From positions 840,001 through 872,000 of the forward strand of contig NZ_CP142525.1 of the NCBI RefSeq assembly GCF_051097895.1: a DNA stretch of 32,000 nucleotides, given 5' to 3'. The notes beneath the pieces are model-generated. The model made no database searches and was not told where the DNA came from. It worked only from the letters and a program-made list of their open reading frames with translations. The position numbers and the translations under genes were made by a program. Origin of the DNA: Psychrobacter sp. HD31. GTDB taxonomy: Bacteria; Pseudomonadota; Gammaproteobacteria; Pseudomonadales; Moraxellaceae. This document shows positions 19,299-25,786 of the stretch, in pieces (positions within the stretch are counted from its first letter, which is position 1; every line of letters starts with the position of its first letter).

Positions 19299-19856
19299 AT
19301 GACAACTCCAATAACAAGCCCACTCATAAACCTAAACCATGCTAATCAAGTTTGTGCCAATACCATTGCAGAATTTTATCAACTAGACCAGCTGAAAAAC
19401 ATCATCGCTACCACGCTTGATGACATGCTCACCCGTGTTAAAAATGGACTAACCCTGCCCTACTTTGCTCATGTACATCAAGCCGATTTTGATAAAAAAA
19501 TAGAACTCGATATTTACATCACAAACCCAACAGAAGGCAAACAACTTAACCACGAGGCACGAGGCAAAGACTACGCCACCAATATCTTATCGTATCCAAG
19601 TGACTTACCTGCTGAAATGCTAACCGTATTACCAAGCATCCCACTTGGAGAGTTGGTCATCTGCCATGAGGTTGTTGTACGCCAAGCAAACGAACAAGGC
19701 AAAACCATTGCTGACCACCTCACCCATTTACTGGTACATGGCACATTACATTTGCTAGGCTTTGACCACGAGTTGGGCGAAGATGAACGGATTGAAATGG
19801 AAGGTTTTGAAATTGATATTTTAACCAAATTAAATATTGCCAATCCATATGATTAA
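19299..19856 (+). CDS. ybeY: Endoribonuclease YbeY (16S rRNA maturation)
   Basis: 185-aa ORF with the zinc motif HLLVHGTLHLLGFDH. The N-terminal part is about 30 aa longer than in E. coli YbeY. Confidence 0.9.
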   Translation: MTTPITSPLINLNHANQVCANTIAEFYQLDQLKNIIATTLDDMLTRVKNGLTLPYFAHVHQADFDKKIELDIYITNPTEGKQLNHEARGKDYATNILSYPSDLPAEMLTVLPSIPLGELVICHEVVVRQANEQGKTIADHLTHLLVHGTLHLLGFDHELGEDERIEMEGFEIDILTKLNIANPYD

Positions 19857-19889
19857 CACCACCGTCATGGCAATAAGCATCGTACATAG

Positions 19890-19923
19890 AAAACCCTCAC
19901 TTGCATTTGCTAATGAGGGTTTT
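19890..19923. terminator. Probable bidirectional terminator between the convergent ybeY and mscS-like genes
   Basis: AAACCCTCA (19891-19899) pairs with TGAGGGTTT (19914-19922) across a 14-nt loop, with A/T runs on both sides. Confidence 0.55.
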
Positions 19924-19967
19924 AATCCATATGACAACCAGTTTAGTCGCTGGCATTTAAACAAACT

Positions 19968-20789
19968 TTAATTAAAGTTATCTTCTTCTTTAATAAGATG
20001 CACAGCACGTTGTGGTAAAGGTATCTCAATATTATGTCTATCTAGCGCATATTTTATTTCTTCTAATATATCAGAGCGCACTTGCAACCATGATTGGTTA
20101 GCTGTCCATGAACGCAACTCGATGTTTACCGAGTTATCACCAAGCCCCACAACATTAACCTCAGGAGCAGGATCAGAAAACACAGCATCATGGTTTGTAG
20201 CCACTGCCAAAATTACATCTTTTGCTACTTTAATATCAGCGTTATAACTAATACTAATCGTTAAATCAACTCGTCGATTTTGTAGAGAGGTAAAATTAGT
20301 GGTTGCATTGCTGGTTACTTCACTGTTAGGGATAATAACCTCATGGTTATTTAAAGTGATTAACCGAGTATTCATTAGGCTAATATCTCTTACTGTGCCT
20401 TGTAGCCCTTTAATGTCAACAAAATCACCACGGCTAAAAGGTCTAAAAACCACAATTAATACACCTGCTGCAAAATTTGATAATTGATCTTTTAACGAAA
20501 AACCAATCGCAACGGCTGCGGCACCTAAAATGGTAATCATAGATGAACTATCAACACCCAGCGTACTCAATACAATCATCATCAAAATTATGAGTAAAAA
20601 ACCGTACAATACATTGCCCAAAAAGTTTGCAATCGTATCGTCCACTTTGCTACGTTCCATAACTTTTGTTGCAAAATCAACTATTTTTCTAGTTATCCAC
20701 CGCCCCACAACAAAAATAACAATCGCAAAAGCGATACTTTTAGAGATGCTAACTATCAAATTCATATGTTCAGTCACATCAAAGTTCAT
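19968..20789 (-). CDS. Small-conductance mechanosensitive channel (MscS family)
   Basis: 273-aa ORF with three N-terminal TM helices and the conserved core FRPFSRGDFVDIKGLQGTVRDISLMNTRLITLNNHEVIIPNSEV. Confidence 0.88.
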   Translation of the reverse strand: MNFDVTEHMNLIVSISKSIAFAIVIFVVGRWITRKIVDFATKVMERSKVDDTIANFLGNVLYGFLLIILMMIVLSTLGVDSSSMITILGAAAVAIGFSLKDQLSNFAAGVLIVVFRPFSRGDFVDIKGLQGTVRDISLMNTRLITLNNHEVIIPNSEVTSNATTNFTSLQNRRVDLTISISYNADIKVAKDVILAVATNHDAVFSDPAPEVNVVGLGDNSVNIELRSWTANQSWLQVRSDILEEIKYALDRHNIEIPLPQRAVHLIKEEDNFN

Positions 20790-20975
20790 TTTTTATCTCC
20801 AACATATTAAAAAACAAACATTTACCCATTGTAAATTAGGTGTTTTTTAATAAAAAACTGATGATGATTACACTACAAAATCTTCTAACTTTTAACCTCA
20901 TATAATAAAGGTTGTTAAAAGAGATTAATGATAAATATTTTAATAAATTAATGTTTTTTAAATATTAAAAGTAAC

Positions 20976-21005
20976 AAAGCTAGTGACCTTAGCCACTAGC
21001 TTTTT
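20976..21005 (+). terminator. Orphan intrinsic-terminator-like hairpin with no upstream plus-strand gene
   Basis: AAAGCTAGTG (20976-20985) pairs with CACTAGCTTT (20994-21003) across an 8-nt loop, followed by a T-run to 21005. It lies between divergently transcribed genes. Confidence 0.5.
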
Positions 21006-21176
21006 AATTCAAGTTTGGCTGGTATACTAGCAAAAAGCAAAGTTATATCAAACAATTTTAGATAACCTTACTAAAGAAAACCATTTTTTCTTTTTTTACT
21101 GGGCAGCAACAAAAACGTGCCATAGTAGCCATAATAACACTGATTTTTTGTCCATTACTACTTTTATCGATGATAT

Positions 21177-21986
21177 ATGTTATGCTATCAAACCTCATCA
21201 TTGTTAAGCAATCAATTAAACTCTATGCAATTTAATAACCTATTCAACTTATGGCAGCGTATTAATCAACTTTTGCAAGAACCTATTGAAGCAGTTAGCC
21301 ATCGAATTGATGATGAAATGCTGTTAACGGTTAGCCAAAAACAAATTAACGAGGCACTCCACAAATTTGTGACTCGCAATGTAAAAGCCATTTTAAACAT
21401 GCGTATTGAACTTAATGATGGCTGGTTTCGCCTGTATTGTACTGTCAATATTGCCGGCATACATGCTCAAGTAGCCGGTAATTTTAAGCTGGTACATATC
21501 CAATTAGACCGTTATCACCAGCGGTTAGTTTTTGCGCAGCAAGGCAACACAGAGGTGTTAGAACTGCATGCCGCCTCTTATCTTAAGCGCATTGCCATTC
21601 AAAATGGTATTAAACTTTACCGTAAAATCACAGGGGATGACCCACTTGGCATGATCTTACAACGGATTAAACTTGCCCGAGTAAAAGACAACGTATTTTA
21701 TATCGATATTGGTCGTTGGTTACGTAAAAATGAAAAAATTATGACCAATTTATATAAGTTTCAGGTTAATTATGGTGTTGTAGAACCAGAACAACTGGTT
21801 TTAAAATCACAAATTAACTTTAGGGATTTATTGGCAGGCAACGCCAGTGGCGATCTAATCACCGACAGTGACAACCCAGAACCTGAAAACGTAGAAGATG
21901 AGTTAGATAACCAACCAAACTCGGATACCAATATGGACAGTCAAACAGATAATACAAACAAAACAACAGAAAAAAACGTGGCTTAA
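21177..21986 (+). CDS. Hypothetical protein with an acidic, disordered C-terminal tail
   Basis: 269-aa ORF; the alternative start M17 is at 21225. I recognise no motif. The last ~45 aa are D/E/N/T-rich (DSDNPEPENVEDELDNQPNSDTNMDSQTDNTNKTTEKNVA). Its length and lack of overlap with other genes support it being coding. Confidence 0.6.
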   Translation: MLCYQTSSLLSNQLNSMQFNNLFNLWQRINQLLQEPIEAVSHRIDDEMLLTVSQKQINEALHKFVTRNVKAILNMRIELNDGWFRLYCTVNIAGIHAQVAGNFKLVHIQLDRYHQRLVFAQQGNTEVLELHAASYLKRIAIQNGIKLYRKITGDDPLGMILQRIKLARVKDNVFYIDIGRWLRKNEKIMTNLYKFQVNYGVVEPEQLVLKSQINFRDLLAGNASGDLITDSDNPEPENVEDELDNQPNSDTNMDSQTDNTNKTTEKNVA

Positions 21987-22061
21987 ATGATTTGTTTGTA
22001 TTAACGCTGGTTAATATTGCCGTTAACGACTAACTTAAAATTACGATTATCCTTTGTTATT

Positions 22062-22086
22062 TTTTAGTGACTTTTTTTCACTAAAA
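22062..22086 (+). promoter_or_regulatory. AT-rich hairpin or dyad TTTTAGTGA-N7-TCACTAAAA
   Basis: 9-bp arms about 75 nt after the stop of the preceding gene, with no T-run afterwards. It is either a weak terminator or a GTGA-N7-TCAC protein-binding dyad; a CRP-type site would have N6. Confidence 0.35.
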
Positions 22087-22095
22087 TTCACTACG

Positions 22096-22132
22096 CCTCT
22101 TCTTTCTTGTTCTCTCCTGTTCTCTCTTGCTC
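22096..22132 (+). repeat. 37-nt polypyrimidine tract (34 of 37 C/T) with 10-nt periodicity: TGTTCTCTC at 22108-22116 and 22118-22126, and G residues only at 22109, 22119 and 22129
   Basis: Read directly from the sequence upstream of the DUF294 gene. Confidence 0.85.
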
Positions 22133-22183
22133 AAGTAGCATTTTAGCGGTATTATAAATTCATACTATTTTTACGGATTAATT

Positions 22184-22218
22184 TTGGTCTTTAAATTATG
22201 TAACCAATTAAAGACCAA
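22184..22218. promoter_or_regulatory. 11-bp perfect inverted repeat TTGGTCTTTAA-N13-TTAAAGACCAA
   Basis: Arms at 22184-22194 and 22208-22218, ending 76 nt upstream of the likely ATG (22295) of the DUF294 gene. The track ORF's TTG start lies inside the left arm. Confidence 0.7.
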
Positions 22219-22294
22219 AATCGCTTACGCCCCAGCAAACAATAGCATAAATGGATTTGATTGGTTACCATCCGCCAGCAAGGAAGAAACGATT

Positions 22295-24175
22295 ATGGCA
22301 CAGTTAAACTTTACCCAACCACCCTTTGATGTACTCACCCCTGCCGAACGCCAAAGCATAAAAAAACATACCCAAGTTAGATACTTAGAAAAAGATGAAA
22401 ACCTAAACCAAAATGATAAAAATTACTTTTTCGTGGTAGTAAAAGGTAACATTACTCATACCAACAACAGTGATGGCGAAGCTAAGTTTGTTGGTGACTT
22501 TCAGGCTGTTGATGGTCACAATGATTGGTTTCACCCTATTGCAAACCATAACTATACAGCCAGTATACAGACCTTATTATTCCAAATTGATGGTGAGGTG
22601 ATAGAAAAAATAGCTGCTCAAAACCGCCTAATCAGGCCGCTGTTAAATGGTGAGGTTGCTGATAAAATAAAGGCACTAAAACAACGTCACATTAAAAAAT
22701 CACAGCCAACAGCCACAAATGATGACATAGAACAACAGCAATTAATGTTACAGCCCATTACTAACATTAATTTAATACCCGCTCATTTTGTTGAAGAAAC
22801 TGACAGCATGACAACGGCTGCTAAAACTATGACAAATGCCAAACTAAAACACGTGTTGGTAAGGCGACAAATTTTTAATGAAAACCACCCAACAAAATCC
22901 AACTACCACAATGTTGGTATATTAACTGATACCGATATTTGCCGTGCGGTTAGCGAACAAATTGACCTTGCCAACACCCCTTGTGGAAAATACGCCAGAT
23001 TTAAACTTAAAACGTTAGAGCATCATCAAGACATTAGCGAAGGGCTTTTAACCATGCTTCGTTATCGCATCCACAGACTGCCCGTTATTGATGATGAGGG
23101 TGAAATTATTGGTGTGCTTGGGCAATCTGATTTATTAGCATATTTAGGGCACCATTCACATCTAATTACTGTACAAATTGAGCAAGCCACCGATTTAAAT
23201 AGCCTAAACGACGCAGTTGAAATGATCGGGCAGTACATACGCGGACAACAACAAAATGGCGTTAAAATTGGCATTATTAGCCGCATGGTGCGCGCGCTTA
23301 ATGTTCAGGTATTTACCAAGCTTTGGCGGCTCATTGTGCCAGAAGCTGTCTTTCAAAACACCTGTGTCATTGTTATGGGCAGTGAAGGACGTGGCGAGCA
23401 AATTATGCGAACCGACCAAGATAACGCATTAATTATTCGCAATGGTTTTAGCCATCCAGACTTAGCTGATTTTGCCGAACAATTTAATCAAGGGCTCGCC
23501 CAAATGGGCTATCCGCTTTGTGACGGTAACATCATGATGACCAACCCAATGTGGCGACAACCGCTCAATAAATTTGAAAAACAAATCAGCACTTGGTTTA
23601 GCTTAAAAGACCCGAATTATGGGGTTTGGGTATCTGCCGTTTTAGATAGCCACTTTGTTTGCGGAGATGAAAGCCTGCTTGATAGCCTACGTAAACATAT
23701 TAAAATTGCCCATGCGAATGCTGATCCTATGATGATACGCCAATTTGCACGTGTTGCATTGCAATTTGGCGATGTTGGACAGTGGTGGCAACGCTTTACG
23801 CCCTTTAAAAACAAAAACAGCACCGCTGATGATATTGATTTAAAAAAAGCAGGTATCTTCCCACTTGTGCATGGTATCCGCACCATGGCAATGGAGCATG
23901 ATATTTTGCACGTAACCAGTACCAAAGCACGCTTAAAAGCCCTAGCCAGAGCTGGCGTCATCACTCAAGAACGTGCCGAGACTCTAACAGAAACACTTAA
24001 CTTTTTTATAGATCAGCGTTTGGCTGTGGCGTTATCTACTGAGGATAAATTGGCCAGGCGGGTTGATCCAACCACCCTGACCGCCTTAGAGCGAGATTTG
24101 TTAAAAGAGTGTTTAAGCGTAGTTAAAAGCTTTAAAGCGCAACTAACCAGCCATTATCAGTTAGATTATGCCTAG
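22295..24175 (+). CDS. Signal-transduction nucleotidyltransferase of the DUF294/COG2905 type (cNMP-binding-like + 2 CBS + pol-beta-type NTase + helical C-terminal domain)
   Basis: I prefer the ATG at 22295, which has AAGGAAG 7 nt upstream; the track ORF extends to a TTG at 22184. CBS-like segments are present (…AKLKHVLVR…; RIHRLPVIDDEGEIIGVLGQSDLL). The NTase core VIVMGSEGRGEQIMRTDQDNALI fits G[SG]-x(n)-D-x-D. Confidence 0.8.
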   Translation: MAQLNFTQPPFDVLTPAERQSIKKHTQVRYLEKDENLNQNDKNYFFVVVKGNITHTNNSDGEAKFVGDFQAVDGHNDWFHPIANHNYTASIQTLLFQIDGEVIEKIAAQNRLIRPLLNGEVADKIKALKQRHIKKSQPTATNDDIEQQQLMLQPITNINLIPAHFVEETDSMTTAAKTMTNAKLKHVLVRRQIFNENHPTKSNYHNVGILTDTDICRAVSEQIDLANTPCGKYARFKLKTLEHHQDISEGLLTMLRYRIHRLPVIDDEGEIIGVLGQSDLLAYLGHHSHLITVQIEQATDLNSLNDAVEMIGQYIRGQQQNGVKIGIISRMVRALNVQVFTKLWRLIVPEAVFQNTCVIVMGSEGRGEQIMRTDQDNALIIRNGFSHPDLADFAEQFNQGLAQMGYPLCDGNIMMTNPMWRQPLNKFEKQISTWFSLKDPNYGVWVSAVLDSHFVCGDESLLDSLRKHIKIAHANADPMMIRQFARVALQFGDVGQWWQRFTPFKNKNSTADDIDLKKAGIFPLVHGIRTMAMEHDILHVTSTKARLKALARAGVITQERAETLTETLNFFIDQRLAVALSTEDKLARRVDPTTLTALERDLLKECLSVVKSFKAQLTSHYQLDYA

Positions 24176-24309
24176 ATTTTTATGAATTTAAAACACTTAA
24201 AACCCTCTGTTAGATTCAAAACTTACTTACCACTGGATTTGTATAATAGGTATTTTAACAGTGTTGGCTGCAATAAAATAAAGCTTAAAAGAACCGATAA
24301 GGAGGTTCT

Positions 24310-24915
24310 ATGAACTGGCTAACAAAAACCAAAAAAAACTGGCAACAGCGTGGCTTAAGCCGCCCAGAACTTGCTACTATGTTTACCCCACCAAACGCTA
24401 ACGAGTGGGTGGCAATTGATTGTGAAATGACAGGACTAAACCCCAAAAAAGACCATATTTTATCGGTTGCTGCCATCCATATTAATGGCAGTTTAATTAA
24501 CAGTGGTAATGGGCTTGATTTAGTGTGCAAACCACCAAAAATGCCAACGGCCGAAACCATCATCATCCATGGGCTGAGACCGCAAGATGTTGAGCACGGC
24601 ATGAGTTATGAAAACATGCTAGATATTTTATTACCCTTTATTGGCAACCGCCCCATTGTTGGCTTTTGTCCACAAATCGATATGGCATTTTTAAACCCAC
24701 TCACTAAAAATTACATGGGCTGCAACTTACCTAACCAAGTTATTGATATACGTAAATTGTATGAAAAAAAACAAGGAAACAGAACCGAAGGTATTGCCCA
24801 CCAAGGACAATCGCTTAATAAGATTTTAAAACAATTTGATGTTCCTGAGTTAGGCGCGCACGATGCCTTTAACGACACTTTAATGACAGCCATGGCGTTT
24901 ATGCACTTAAAATAG
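24310..24915 (+). CDS. DEDDh-family 3'-5' exonuclease (DnaQ/RNase T-like, stand-alone)
   Basis: 201-aa ORF with a strong SD (TAAGGAGG). Exo I is VAIDCEMTG, Exo II is QIDMAFLN and Exo III is AHDAFND (H-x4-D). Confidence 0.85.
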   Translation: MNWLTKTKKNWQQRGLSRPELATMFTPPNANEWVAIDCEMTGLNPKKDHILSVAAIHINGSLINSGNGLDLVCKPPKMPTAETIIIHGLRPQDVEHGMSYENMLDILLPFIGNRPIVGFCPQIDMAFLNPLTKNYMGCNLPNQVIDIRKLYEKKQGNRTEGIAHQGQSLNKILKQFDVPELGAHDAFNDTLMTAMAFMHLK

Positions 24916-24965
24916 TAAAATATGGCAACTCAACACACACCCAAATTGAACGCACAGAGAACACA

Positions 24966-25448
24966 ATGAAACTACGCCTTTTAACCATAGGCACAAAAAT
25001 GCCAAGTTGGATACAAACTGGCTTTGATGACTATTACAAGCGCATTCAGCCCATGCTGGCAACTGATTTGGTCGAATTACCTGCCGCTAAACGTGCCAAA
25101 AACCCATCAGATGCTAACCTTGCTCAATACCGTGAACAAGAAGGGAATGCTATTTTGCAAGCAAAAGGCAAACAAGAAAAACTATGGGTGTTGGATGTAA
25201 AAGGCAAGATGCTATCCACCGAAAAACTGGCAGACAAACTCAGTGATGCCATGCAAAATGGCGATGATATCGCATTTGTGATTGGTGGTGCAGATGGCGT
25301 CTCACCAGAAGTATTGGCAAATGCTGATTTTAAATGGTCATTATCTGATTTAACCTTACCCCATCCTTTGGTGCGTGTGGTATTAATAGAACAACTTTAC
25401 CGAGCCATGAGCATTAACAACAATCACCCTTATCATAGAGGTAATTAA
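24966..25448 (+). CDS. rlmH: 23S rRNA (pseudouridine1915-N3)-methyltransferase RlmH
   Basis: 160-aa ORF with SPOUT-fold RlmH sequence (MKLRLLTIGTKMP...FVIGGADG...LSDLTLPHPLVRVVLIEQLYRA). Confidence 0.93.
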   Translation: MKLRLLTIGTKMPSWIQTGFDDYYKRIQPMLATDLVELPAAKRAKNPSDANLAQYREQEGNAILQAKGKQEKLWVLDVKGKMLSTEKLADKLSDAMQNGDDIAFVIGGADGVSPEVLANADFKWSLSDLTLPHPLVRVVLIEQLYRAMSINNNHPYHRGN

Positions 25449-25535
25449 CTAAAGAAAATACAAACCTACTCCTACAAATATATTTTTCACATTCATTTAA
25501 TACCCAATCAAATTCTGTATCTTTCGCTATTTGAG

Positions 25536-25621
25536 ATGGCAATCGTTATAACCAAAATTATGTTTTTAGATCATACTTATTGGATATGTTAAGCAAGTAA
25601 AATGATATAAACGATTGCCAT
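25536..25621. repeat. Inverted repeat ATGGCAATCGTT(ATA) / (TAT-A)AACGATTGCCAT: a 12-bp perfect core plus 3 bp after a 1-nt bulge; 62 nt separate the cores
   Basis: Cores at 25536-25547 and 25610-25621, inside the 338-bp intergenic region upstream of the 735-aa gene. Confidence 0.85.
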
Positions 25622-25786
25622 TTAATACAAAAAATGAAGCCTAAAAGAGCAACACCCTGCCTGTTTTAATATTGAATTTTACAAAAATACACCCATAAAT
25701 ATATCAATGGTTTTTTGTCACTCAACTCACGTCGTTTATCAATTTAAATTTTATTAGCTTAATGCCAAAATATACGTACTTATGGA

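Noticed and set aside
21096-21155. 19-aa hydrophobic mini-ORF on the minus strand (MDKKSVLLWLLWHVFVAAQ*), reminiscent of type I toxin peptides, about 90 nt upstream of the orphan hairpin
   Set aside because: It has no Shine-Dalgarno. Its promoter would have to overlap the start of the divergent gene at 21177. The downstream hairpin lacks a proper T-run on the minus strand. Short hydrophobic ORFs arise easily in AT-rich DNA. It would be worth revisiting only if RNA-seq shows a minus-strand transcript.
22184-22294. TTG-initiated 37-aa N-terminal extension of the DUF294 ORF
   Set aside because: The TTG lies inside an 11-bp inverted repeat and has no SD, whereas the ATG at 22295 has AAGGAAG 7 nt upstream. 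The extension (MVFKLCNQLKTKIAYAPANN…) resembles no domain.
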